Shown: positions 1 through 12,142 of the stretch, one piece after another | How the letters are laid out: each line of letters begins with the position of its first letter | Position numbering within the stretch: position 1 is the stretch's first letter | Origin: Seison nebaliae | Taxonomy: Eukaryota | Assembly: GCA_023231475.1 (NCBI GenBank) | Contig: JALJEE010000072.1 | Coordinates: forward strand, 1-34,437 | Reading direction: 5' to 3' | DNA: 34,437 bases | Made by a program: the position numbers and the translations under genes | The notes under the pieces: model-generated | Seen by the model: only the letters and a program-made list of their open reading frames with translations | Told to the model about the DNA's origin: nothing | Database searches by the model: none

Positions 1-488
1 TTGTCTTATCACGTTCCTGAAGCACTCAAGCATTTTATTGTAACGGGCAGGAACCTAATCTTAAATAACTCCTTTAAGGAGTTATCTTTTTTTCTTTTTA
101 ATTTACCCCGCGGGGATTTGCTATAAATAAAAAAAAAAAAAAGAAAAAAAAATTAAAAAAAAACAAGTTTTTATATATATAAAAGTTTTCACGATAAAGG
201 CGAATTACTAATTTTATTTATTATGAATTTATTTGAGATTATTATGCTATTATTAGGAATTATAATTTTTGATGGCAATCAGTTTTAGTTTTGAAGGTTA
301 TTTAACTATATGCTCCTAGTTTATTAATAACGTAATATAATGGGAAACCTATGAACATTAACGAGGAAAATAATGTCCGATTTTCCGATGTATAATATAA
401 ACTACAACTATTTTATATTTACACTAATAAATTATTAAATTTATTACTTAAAGCGCAAAAAGATTCAATTTTAGTAGATTTATTACAT

Positions 489-1231
489 ATGAGAAATTCC
501 GTGAGAAGACGTGTGATGAATGCATATGACAATTTCTCCAGAAGAATGAGAAGAGCCCGAAGTGAGATTAATTTATTTAAAATTCATTATTAACCTCCTG
601 ATAACAATTAGATACACTTAGTGGGCTACAAGAATCTATATTGCATAGTTAGGTTCAATTTAATGGGAAAATTTAATCTAAAAAATATTTAAAGCCTTGG
701 ACACTCAACCATCCAAGGTATCATCAACTGAAATTGATGCGAAAGAAATTGAAAAGGATTTTAAGGATTTGAAAATTAAAAATTCTATCAAAAGTTTCGA
801 ATTTTTCGACAGACTAACTTAATAAATAAAGCGATTAAACAGCTCCAACTGTCGACGAAAAGCAGAATGTTAGTTCTCTATCTTTTTTATTTAGGTCTTA
901 TCTATTTTATTTAGATGAATAATCAAGAAAATATTAAAACATCATCTCCAATGAAAAAGAAAGATTCAACTCGACGTCAAACTGTTTATTGGAATTTTTC
1001 TCATACAGGTCGGTTTAGAAACAAAGAAAATTCAAAAAACGATGAAGACAAAGAAGAAGAGTTAAAATCTCGTAAACGTCGAATTAATGGTATTTTGGAA
1101 TCAGCTCGAAGGAAATTTGGTGTTAAGGTTCTATTTAAATATTATAGTAATATATTTCGTTTTTAAATTAAAAAAAATTGTAGTATGCATTCAACAAGAA
1201 GGGAGAAGTGAGGACGGTACAAAATCTATAA
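489..1231 (+). CDS. Orphan basic/charged protein, 6-exon model (489-561, 612-647, 695-793, 843-868, 915-1127, 1184-1231); may extend 5' to ATG 272 via acceptor 453
   Basis: Five phase-compatible introns of 46-56 nt (GTG/GTT...AG) join into one open frame (MRNSVRRRVMNAYDNF...RKFGVKYAFNKKGEVRTVQNL*) that includes ORF 915-1166. No recognisable homology. Confidence 0.55.
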
Positions 1232-1461
1232 AAACACAAACATTTTATGAAACTACAATGGTAATCATGAGAGAATTGAAATAGTTTTTTGTGAAATTAA
1301 TTTACTATTACCAATTTATTTAGACACAACAAATGAAACATTAAATTAAATGAAGACATCGAGTAATATTCTAGTTAAAATTGCAGTTTTGCATTTTCAG
1401 CAACACTTTTATTTTTTTACCAATAAGTTACCCGAAATTTTTGTTGAGCTTATTAAGTAAT

Positions 1462-2400
1462 CTAATTTTGATGGAGGAGGAACCGTTTAATTGTTGATTC
1501 AACATCATTTCTAGATGTTTGTATAACTAAATTTTAAAGAAAAAATTGTAGAGTTGTAGAATAAATTAAATTTATAACTTGGACTCGCAGTCATCTTTTT
1601 CAAATCAATTTTCTTTAAAATTTCTATAGTTTCCAAATTATCTGTGATTCCTTTACCAATTACGGAAATAAGTTCGTCATTGTTGTTATTTCCAACAAAT
1701 AAGGCAGCATTCACATTCTTTAAATCAAGAACGAATACGAATGAAATACTAAATGTTGATCCGTTTTTACTTTCCGGGAAACAATTTCCACTTGTTGCTT
1801 CTATTATACTGTTACTAATCGAAATTGCTAATGATATTTCAAGGTTTTTTTTATTTTCATTGCAACGTTGAATATCATCGAAAAATACGTGTATTGTTGT
1901 TTGCAGAATTCCAACATCTTTATTCATTTTCAGTGCACGTTTTTCACTTTCCCCAATTTCTTCAATTCTTTAGGAATCAAAATATTAAATAGAATAAATG
2001 TAAAATAATTACTTTGAAGTACTCTCTGTTATGTTGGGGAGAGTGGTAGTAATCGTTATGTTTGTAGTACTGGTGGTGGATACAGTTACAGTTGTTGAAG
2101 TAATTGTAGTTGTGGTAGGTTCCGTATCGCTATTAGGCATAGCTATTTTATTACAATTTTATTAACATCTGTTACTGGATATGTTAATTGAAAATATAAC
2201 TTGTAACAACTATTAGGGAGAGTCCGGAAATAATGCCAACTATTAGGACCACTGACAAAATTCCAATAATAATCGGATTGATCGCTGCCTTACGATTTTC
2301 ATTCTGATTATTTCCATGTCTAAAAAAATTAATATAATGTTAAATGTTAAAATTTAAACTTTTGAATATCTAAAAAGTTTGCCATTATTAGTTGGTGCAT
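1462..2400 (-). CDS. Type II membrane protein with Thr-rich mucin-like stalk and possible SEA-like C-terminal domain; 5 exons (2400-2360, 2319-2201, 2142-2013, 1967-1579, 1526-1462)
   Basis: Phase-consistent introns of 40, 58, 45 and 52 nt. The product has a TM segment (PIIIGILSVVLIVGIISGLSLIVV), then TTTTITSTTVTVSTTSTTNITITTT, then ORF 1511-1927. Confidence 0.65.
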
Positions 2401-2489
2401 TATACTATTTCTCACACACTTTTATATCAAATTTTTACAAGAGAATCTTAGTGTAGCTACTGAGATATTCATCAATAGTAGTAGATCAT

Positions 2490-3600
2490 ATGATTTATCT
2501 TAACTGAACAACCTTCATAATCATTTTGATTCAATTATTTATTCATCTCATTATTGAAGTTCCATCGACAATCTAAACAATTTTTAATTTTTTCTATTAA
2601 ATATTTCAAGTTCATATATTCCCTATTGTCTTATTATAATTGGTTTATTCAACCAGTAATTGTTTTAATTTAATGAGAAAAGATTTCTTCTCAAAAGAGA
2701 TAATTATTGCATTTTATTATATCACTCATAAAGATAACTCATTTTAGATAGATTTTATGATTCTTTTACTGATATAATACCAGTAATTATATTTATAATA
2801 TATTCAAAATATAAGATTAATATAATGAACATTTATTCTCTTATTACAACCACCTACCTAATTCATATGATTATGAATCATAAATTTTGTCAAGCCAAAT
2901 AACTCAGAAAATAAGTTAAACTCATCTAATTGCTCAATGGGTCTCACTTCACCAATAAAACATACTGAGTTTTGTTGAATAAGATATTTGGCCTTATTAA
3001 ATTGAGCTTCCAAAGATATAGAAACAAAAGAACTTTCAGTAGAATTTACGAATCCTTGCATAGTGAGAATCTTCGTTATTGAGTCTTTATTCAATAGACC
3101 TCTCTCTACAATATCTTTTTACTAGAGTTTATTATTATAGAGTTTATTCTATCCTACAAATATATAGCATGTGCCGAAAATAAGCAAATGAATAAGCCTG
3201 GCTCATATTTTGGTTTATCTGTTGTTTATTTTCCATTCCAAATGATGTCTAGGTTCGAGCCAAAGTATGAACCATGGATTGTATTCACCGTTCTATGATT
3301 AATTTAGAGGAAGATTTGAGCATAATCTGTAGGATATACAAAAATTCATACGCAACAGAAATACTCTGTAAGTATACACTTTCTTTTATACAGTTACATC
3401 AACACATTAAGGATAGTAGTAGCCTAGGTAAAAAAATTAACAATCTTCCACCTTAAATATATTGGACATATATTGGCATATTTCGGCGTAGCATGCACTA
3501 TTTTTTGTTCATATTATTCGAAAGAAATAATAAGAGCATTCGATGAAACTTTCAAATACAGGTTTTTAAAACATACTATTTCATATGAAACGAGACAAAC
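2490..3600 (+). pseudogene. Possible decayed multi-pass membrane protein / GPCR-like pseudogene
   Basis: Stop-interrupted hydrophobic segments on +. The 3' part reads ...SVSIHFLLYSYINTLRIVVA*VKKLTIFHLKYIGHILAYFGVACTIFCSYYSKEIIRAF, resembling TM6-TM7-helix 8 of class A GPCRs. Confidence 0.25.
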
Positions 3601-3680
3601 GAATTTTTTTTTAATTTTTTATTTCCTTTATCTTACAGGAATTCTTCCTATAAAAAAGATTTATTTTTATGCCTGTTACG

Positions 3681-5575
3681 TTACAACTTGTCATGCGTCT
3701 CAGCATATTTATAGGCACTCTTTATTATACGAGTTGTGATTGGAAAAATATTTGGAGCATCGGATGAATGATATTTTCGCTTACCTTTTGGAAATTTTTC
3801 CGATTCTCTGGTTTTCTTATGTTTTTTCTTCAATTTTCGTTGTTGCAAGTATCGTCTACGAAAGATATCTTCCAACTCCGGTAGTTTCTTAATAAGTTTC
3901 GGCAATTCAAATTTTTCCTCTTGTTTAACAATTTCATCATAATCCAAAGAAATTCTCTTTTGATCTTCCAATAAGTCTAAGGTAAATCGTCCTGGTGTTA
4001 TCACCTAATTAATTATTTTACATATAGAACATAAATTAATCATAATCCTAACAGTAAGAGGAAAACTTGCCACAGGTTGTATGTCAAATATTTTCCTTCT
4101 TAATGCACTAGGAACCTGAATAAGGCTTTGGTGATAACCGTAAGGATATACGCAAGAAAATGAAAGATGAGGGAACTCATCAAAAATTTCTTTAATTTTT
4201 GACACGACTTCGTCAGGAACGTTTCTTTCGAACATAGCCAATTGCTTAGTGCCAATCGTCTCCAATTTGCCAAGATTTTCGAAATATTGATTCAGTTGAT
4301 TATCAGACAACCTAAAACTTTTCCTTAAACCATTCAATAACTGATATTCCTGGGTTTCTTTAAACGTATGAAGCATTCTTAAATTTTTTGTCATGAAAAA
4401 AATTCGACCAATTGAATTCAATATATGCAGGAAATCAATACAACAAGCATAGTTAAAACAATAATAAGTTCTAGCATAAATATACCAGATCTCCAATTGT
4501 TTCGTAAAATATCTACTCAGTTTATATAGGATTGTATTGGACATAATATTCATTCCATAGTTAAGTAGAAATTCAGTTATTCTTCTTAACCAACCATAAA
4601 ATTTATCTGTATCATGATCTAAGATGATAGAAGACAAAAAGTAATAGAAGGAATTCGGTAATGACTGTCCCAGGTATTTGACATTTTGTTGATAATTTTG
4701 AATTAAATTATCTAAATCTCTAATATAATCAGGTTCATAAAAGTAAGAAGGGGAATATGAATCGAAATACTCGGATTCATAATCAGTTGACACAGTAGAG
4801 GTTGGTCGGGTTGAAGGTCTTGTAACTCGTATACTACGAGTGTACATAGTTACCTTACATCCAGTTGGTTTCATACCGCTATAAGCACTCATAGTTTCAT
4901 CGTTCATCGATAACGATGTTTTTAATGTAACCTTCTCGCTAACTTTTGGAACATCTTTCATCATATTACGAATGATCACAATAGCATCAGGCACATTTTG
5001 GCGAGGTTTACCTTAACGCGGATAAATTAAAATTGTTATTTCAAAAAATAAACTTTCTTCATTGACCAACACGTTTTCGTACCTTTTAATATTTTTGATC
5101 GATACGTCAGTTATTCGTGGATCATATTTGTTAACAAACAAACCCCATTTTTCTAAGCTTTGGTAATCGACTGTATTTGAACTATTTGCAATAACAGGAC
5201 AATCTTGTATTAGATAACATTTTTCATAGAAGGTTAAAACCGGTTATATCGTGCGCCCCCTGTAAAATCTTTATCTATTTCTAATACCGTCTTTTTCTTC
5301 AATTTATGTTTTTGTGTCAATCTTACTTTTATTTTATCTAATCTTGTTCGGAAATTCTGATTTAAACCGAGTGCTCGTCTTATTTTGGGTAAATATATAT
5401 TTTCATAATTTGGATATTTTTTTAGTTTCACGTAATGTTGTTCTTGTTTTGGAGGTAGAAGAAGGATTGGATTTTTCACAATATCTTCATCCTGAACCGG
5501 AACCAGATCTAATAGTTGGAATAAAAATACAACTGGTATATGTAGAATACAAAACAAACTTCTTATTGGATGCAT
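3681..5575 (-). CDS. Orphan protein of about 560 aa; 5-exon model (5575-5560, 5508-5241, 5170-5054, 5011-4053, 4004-3681)
   Basis: ORFs 5234-5575, 4005-4994 and 3681-4004 are joined by phase-compatible GTT...AG introns (51, 70, 42, 48 nt). The TAG 'stop' at 4005-4007 is an acceptor. No homology recognised. Confidence 0.6.
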
Positions 5576-8500
5576 TGTGATATAGAAAGATGTAAATGTA
5601 AACTAGAAATAAAGAATAAATTGAATTCAATTATGACTTTTATCAACAATTATATATATATAATTCTTTGTAACCATAAATTACTATTTTCTTCGTACTA
5701 AATAAATAATTTTTTCACTTATCTATTCAATAATTTTTTTTGCAGTGCTGAAATTTTATGTGTTTCTTCAGGATTTTTTTATCCAATTTAACCAGTTGAA
5801 CAATGTATTTTATTTTAATAGTAAATTATACGTAATTGTTCAAATATTTATTTCATTATATAATCAAATCTGGACCGCAATAAGAATGGAAAATACCATC
5901 GCTGGTAAGTCTCTTAGCTCATATACTGTATTAATATAATAATATACTACTAATAATAAAATACTAACTCTTATCAACTGATATCTCACGAAACGAAACG
6001 AATTAAACACAGTGCAAATTAAGTCATTAATTAGTTAGGCTTGTTCACTGAGGTTTTTTGCGAATTGCAGATAAAAGAAGTATCTGACCATTCAAACAAA
6101 GGTATAATTGACCCTAAGTAGATAATCTTGTCAAAGTTTGTTATAAAGTTGGAGGAAATGTTTCATAGTGTCATTAATTTACAGCGAATATTTACAAATG
6201 ATGTTAATAAAATATAGCTACATTACGGTTCATAAATTTTAAAGCGACAAAGCTTATGGGCGTAATTCATTTATAGCAATTGAGCAATTTTGTCGGAAAA
6301 AAAGTGTATTCAAAACACATATATTTGACTTTCTATAATTATTTGCTATCTTTAGCATCCTAATACTTTAACATCGTTTGCGCAGGATCGATCATAATCT
6401 TACTTTCGCAGTCACTACTTTTATCTATTTCCTATTCTCTATTGTCGACGCATCTTCCGCGTCCTAGACAACTTTTCGTCGTCAGGATTTTGCCCTTCGA
6501 CGTAAAAAAGAATTTTTTAACCATAACCCCGGAAACCCCATAACCACAATTCGGGATTCGGGAACAAAAAGCTTTGTCAATTGTTATCCTGAACAGTGAT
6601 ATGGAAAATTTATTATTCGGAACATATCATTTTTAAAACCACTGGATTAATAATTCCCTTATTCTGAAGAACTTAGAAAACAGTGTCGATAGAAAAGTTT
6701 TTTGCAAAAACCTCGAACAATAACTGACCGTTTCTCCAGGATGATTGCCATTCCGTCAATAAGTTCTGATGAATTCCCAATAATTGGAGGAACCAATAAT
6801 GGTGGTTTGATATTTCGGATGAGAAGAGGAGATGAAGTACGTTGAGATGAAAAGTGACATTGCAATGCTGATTTTGGCTTCTTACTGTTATAATTTTGGT
6901 TCTTCTTCGTCTTGGGTAAAAGAGCGTTCGTATTGAAGAAATATCGTTGGCATCACGAGCTGGTGTAGCTGAAACGATATTGGATGTTGATTGATTGTTG
7001 ACGAGGTTCTCGGTTGTTCGCGATGGAAGGTGAGCTGATGGAACAGGAATGTCCCGTACAATGAGTGCCTCTTTTGGTCCTGGTCGACCGTCCTCCAAAA
7101 ATGTTGTAAATTTTTTCTTCGATACGACATAGTTTCGTCATTATTTACCAACTACCAAATATGCGCACAAAATGTACAAAAAAATTAACAGTTTTCTACA
7201 ACCAATTTGAATAGTTATCAGTTATTGATGATGCTGAAGATGGTAATATAAATTTTCATATCAACTAACCTTACATAATCCAAAAAGACCATTTTTGAAA
7301 AATGCGAATATTGAATTATTAAACGTTTATAATTTTTTTTAAACTTTCAGTACCTATTTTTCATGGTCAAACCGAATATTTTACTTAAAATAAAATTTTT
7401 TTCAAGTTTGCCCTCTTAAAAAGTAATTTCCAAAATAGAGAGAAATGAGGCTGGTTAATTAATCGATTATTTGAAGAGGAATTTAAAATTTATTTCTCTA
7501 AATAATTTTAATTTTAAAAAGAACTTGAACAGGGCTATCTAACGGTATGCTACTTCACACATATAATGCTATTTGAAGAAAGTTATGAGCATTTCACAAA
7601 AACTATAATTTTATCTTTTGAGAACAGATGTATATCTATCTATGTAATAGTCAACTGTTTTATGATAAGAATGGTCATTATCTAACTATGATAATTTTCA
7701 TAGAAAGCGTTCGCGCACGAAATGAGAACATTCGTTCGAATCGCATTGATAAGAACAATCTATTTCGTTCTCGTTCAACTAATTTTCAAAAACCAGACAT
7801 CACAATTATACTCGAGAACAGTCGATTTTTGTTCGTGTTCGTGTGAACAGCACTAGTTCACAGTGTTATTGAATTATTAACATGATATTAAAACCTTAAA
7901 TAAAGATACTAATATTGTTATTGTTTATTGAAAATTCTAATTTCCTTAATATGAATTTACTTCTAACAATAAGATTTTTACAGGTACTAAGGTACTCATA
8001 ATTAACATACTGTAAAACTAATAAACCTGAACAAACCTAATTATTTTTAGATAAATCATAAACTAAAAAACCGATTAAGTAAACAAAACTTTTGATGAAT
8101 CTTTTCAACAGTATTCGTTAAATATAGTATCGATAAGAAGAACCGATGAAATGAATAACATCCGGGACAGCGTCGAAACAGTAACTAGCTTATTGCCCTA
8201 TTTCTAAACAATAAGACTATTTGGATAATGAATTCTGTTCAATAATTTGTATCTTAAATCAAAGTGACATTCAAATAAATTAATCATTACATTCCTATTT
8301 CTTCATATCTGACGCATATAGATAGAAATATTTATTTTAATGACGTTCATCGTTGATAAGAATCGGTAATAGAGAATCATTTGATGATATATTATTTTTC
8401 ATTTTTCCTCTGAAATGATGAAAACGATCATTCTTCTTACTGAACAACAATTAACTTTCTTATCTTTTTTGTTCGAGGTCGTCACTTAATAAATAAACTT

Positions 8501-8697
8501 TCTTCACATCGAAGAGAAACTCCAACAATAAAACTTTTCAGATAACGGAACAGAAAGAAAGTCTATTTACGTAAACTTTCACCAGATCGCCTGGTACTCG
8601 TTGCGTGAAAATGGATTAGTGAATAGGAGAGACTAAGTGGAAAAGAATGAATCAAATAAATTTCAGGCTTTATCTGGAACCAAAATTCTAATGAGCA

Positions 8698-9210
8698 ATG
8701 AATGGAATGGGAATTTACGGAATTTTAGCCAATCAATTTGCATTGTTCGGTATGTTGCAGTTGGCAATCGGTTTTATCATTCAACTCTGTTTTTCCAATA
8801 AATTTTTTTCAATTTTTCATTTGATTATTGGCGTTATTATCTTCATTTTGGAATATTGTACGAGTGTAGTCGATGGGATTCCCAATTCATTCAACGAATA
8901 TCGTCAAAGATATTTGGAAAGATATTTTTATGAATATTTATGGAAGTACAATACATTCCTCCTATATCAAATAAAATATCGACCATTCATTTATTTAATT
9001 TTATCTGTTCCATTCTTCTTTTTCATCAGTGCTGCACTCGTTCCAGTCACACTTATCTTATCATCTGTCTTTTACTTCATCTCCACAATTCTTATGAATG
9101 AAACTTTCATTTCAAATTATCAACATCAATTAGATCGCAAATCCCAACAACAACAACAACAGTATATTATATCTACTCCATCGAAAGCTCCGGAAAGGAT
9201 AATCATTTAA
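8698..9210 (+). CDS. CYBA: p22phox (cytochrome b-245 light chain)-like NADPH oxidase subunit, divergent, intronless
   Basis: Motif order matches p22phox: AN..AL, ILEY, Q.Y, R..IYLILSVP, S..Y....E, and a remnant of the Pro-rich region (TPSKAPER). 170 aa with multiple TM segments. Confidence 0.7.
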   Translation: MNGMGIYGILANQFALFGMLQLAIGFIIQLCFSNKFFSIFHLIIGVIIFILEYCTSVVDGIPNSFNEYRQRYLERYFYEYLWKYNTFLLYQIKYRPFIYLILSVPFFFFISAALVPVTLILSSVFYFISTILMNETFISNYQHQLDRKSQQQQQQYIISTPSKAPERIII

Positions 9211-9374
9211 GTGAATTGCAAACTGAAATTTTTTTACGTAAATTTCTCATACATTTATTTTCGTAATTCAATTGAAAAATTCTTTACATTTTATTTTATA
9301 TATTAGATTCGTCTCCGATTTCTTACATTTTAGTTGTAGGGAAATTTGTATATGGAAATAGATTGAGAAGAACT

Positions 9375-12142
9375 ATGAAGTTTGCCGAACATCTGGGAAC
9401 TCATTTAACCCCCGAATGGCGTTCCCAATATATTCGATATGATGTTGGTATTTTCAATAAATATAAATTGAATTAGAAATGTTGAAGGATATGAAAGAAA
9501 TATTTTATGCTGCTGAGAAAGCTGCTCCAATCTCAGCTGACGGTTATTATTTGGATTAAAAAAAGTGATTTCTCATCTTTATTATTTAGCGGACGAAGAT
9601 GCTTATTTGAAACATATGTTCTATATGGAATATGATGAGAAATTTTTTGCATTTTGTGAGAAGGAATTGGCGAAAATAAATGCATTCTTTTCCGGTTATT
9701 ATTTTTTGAATTTAAAAGAAGAAAAAAGTAAATTTGTTTTTAGAGAAATTAGCAGAAGCAATTAGACGATTGATGATATTAAAATCAGAATTGCAGAAAG
9801 TGCATGAAGCACAAGAACGAAAATCGATCGAAAGAAAATCGAGAAGACAATCGTTCGCTTCAGAGTCAGCTCTAGATAAAAATGAAGGAAGTAGTGGAAG
9901 AGAGGAATCGAATGGATTATTTCGACGTGTCCAATTTCAAAGAGATGTTGTGGAAAAAGATGAAATTCAAATAAGAAAACTGAATAAATTGAAAATAAGA
10001 AAATTGAAAGATATGAAATTTGCCTTCAGCGAATTCTATTTATCATTAGTTCTCCTCCAGAAATATCAGTTACTGAATTTCACAGGATTCCGAAAAATTT
10101 TAAAAAAACATGACAAAATCTTCATTACTGATCGAGGAGCTGAATGGCGAGAGAAATATGTGGACACATCAAAATTTCATATATCAAATGAAGTTAATCG
10201 ACTGATTACTGAAGTGGAGAATATTTATATTAATCAATTGGAAGATGGTGATAGAGCTAAAGCAATGAAACGTTTACGTGTTCCTCCATTGGAAGAGAAA
10301 CAAAATCCGATATGTCTCTTCCGTGTTGGCTTCTATGCAGGAATTGTTATGGTAGGAATTCCATTGTTAATTTTGGTAGCAATATTCGTTGAGAGACATG
10401 AAGAGATCCGTTCAGCTCTCATCATTTATCGTGGATGTTTCGTTTTAATTTTGATGTTATTATTAATTGGTTTAAATACTTATGGATGGAGGAAGGCTGG
10501 TGTGAATCATGTTCTCATATTTGAAATCGATCCAAGACATCATCTCACTCAAACACAATTATGCGAAGTTATTTTTAATTTTTGTTGTTGTTATTGTTGT
10601 TGAATTGTTTGATATTAGTTATCTCTTTTATTGATGATCGGTTGGATGGGAAGTTTATTATTATTCTTATGGTCAGATCGATTGAATTTACAACGAGATA
10701 TTCATCCATTGGCTTTCATTATTCTTATGATTCTTTTCTTAATCAATCCGATTCATATCTTTTATCGTAAATCACGTTATTGGCTATTGAATATCATTGT
10801 TAGTATTAATAATGATAGAATTTGAAAAATTTATATATTCTTCTTTTAGAAACGAATTTTTGCTGCTCCATTTTATCCGGTGAAGTTTGCTGACTTTTGG
10901 TTAGCTGATCAAATGAATTCGTTGGTGAGCGTATTTGTCGATTTCCAATTTTTCGTCTGTTTCTATTCCATCGAAGTTTCCTGGCTCTCATCCTCCTCAT
11001 CCAGTTTGAAATATTTTTATTCTCTATTTAATGTTTAATCCATTGAAAGGTACTGGAAAATGTTCGGGAATTGTTTATGGAATAAAATCCATTTTTCAAT
11101 GTCTGCCAGCATGGTTTCGATTTGCCCAATGTCTCCGTCGTTATTATGATACGAAGCAAGCATTTCCACATTTGGTGAATGCTGGGAAATATTCGACAAC
11201 ATTTCTTGTTATTCTCATGTCATCGATTCTTACGGAAACTAGCAGTTCATAATTTCTTTCATATCGAATTATTTTCAAATTTTAATTTTTGAAGAAGATA
11301 GTGATCATTCGAGACGTAATGCTGCACTCTATCTATTAATTATAGCGAGAATCGTTTCCTCAATTTATACTTATACATGGGACGTGAAAATGGATTGGGG
11401 ATTATTAGATACTAATCAGAAAGATAACACATTCTTACGAGAACAAATCGTGTACGAATATAAATCATATTATTATATTTCGATAGTGGGCGATTTGATT
11501 CTTCGCTTCTCGTGGATAAGCCAAATGCCTTTCTACTTCCTCTCATATAACTATATGAACAAAGATGTACTTGATACAATTCTTATATTATTAGAAGTGA
11601 CCAGGTATGTTCTATTTATCTTTTCATTAGAAATATGATGGTTAAAAAAGTGAGTTTGGTTGAAGGATAAAATTTAAATTATCTCCCAATATACTCCTCT
11701 CTTAATTTAATTGGAAAATTTTATTATCTAAAATGAGGTTTGTCCATAAACTGTTTCTTCAACATTTAACTCAAATTTCATGTCCATCGGACAATGTTTG
11801 TCGTTTTGGATATGTTAATTGATTGTCGATGAACTTGAGACCAGTGACACAACCTTTTCAGATATTAAATTTTTTCTACTACCATCTCGATAATCACTAC
11901 GTATATATGTAACTATAAGAATCAATAAAATAATTTTTATTTTCTTCTAATTCTAAAGGAGATTCGTATGGAATTTCTTTCGGTTGGAGAACGAACATCT
12001 CAACAATTGTGGTATGTTCCGAGCAGTACGAGACATTTCCATTATGCCAATTAAAGAAGGTGAAGATATCAATTTTGAGGATGAGCATGATAATGAACAA
12101 GCAGCACCTAATCCTCCGTCGTCAACAGAAATGGATGTTTGA
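9375..12142 (+). CDS. XPR1: SPX-EXS phosphate exporter XPR1; 9 exons (9375-9443, 9488-9542, 9590-9694, 9744-10567, 10619-10798, 10850-11003, 11050-11244, 11295-11604, 11959-12142)
   Basis: [110 protein letters not shown]. All junctions are in phase. Confidence 0.97.

Noticed and set aside
4002..4007. Apparent stop-codon readthrough or alternative genetic code between abutting ORFs 4005-4994 and 3681-4004
   Set aside because: The TAG is the acceptor of a 48-nt GTT...TAG intron (4052-4005). All conserved genes translate cleanly with the standard code after splicing.
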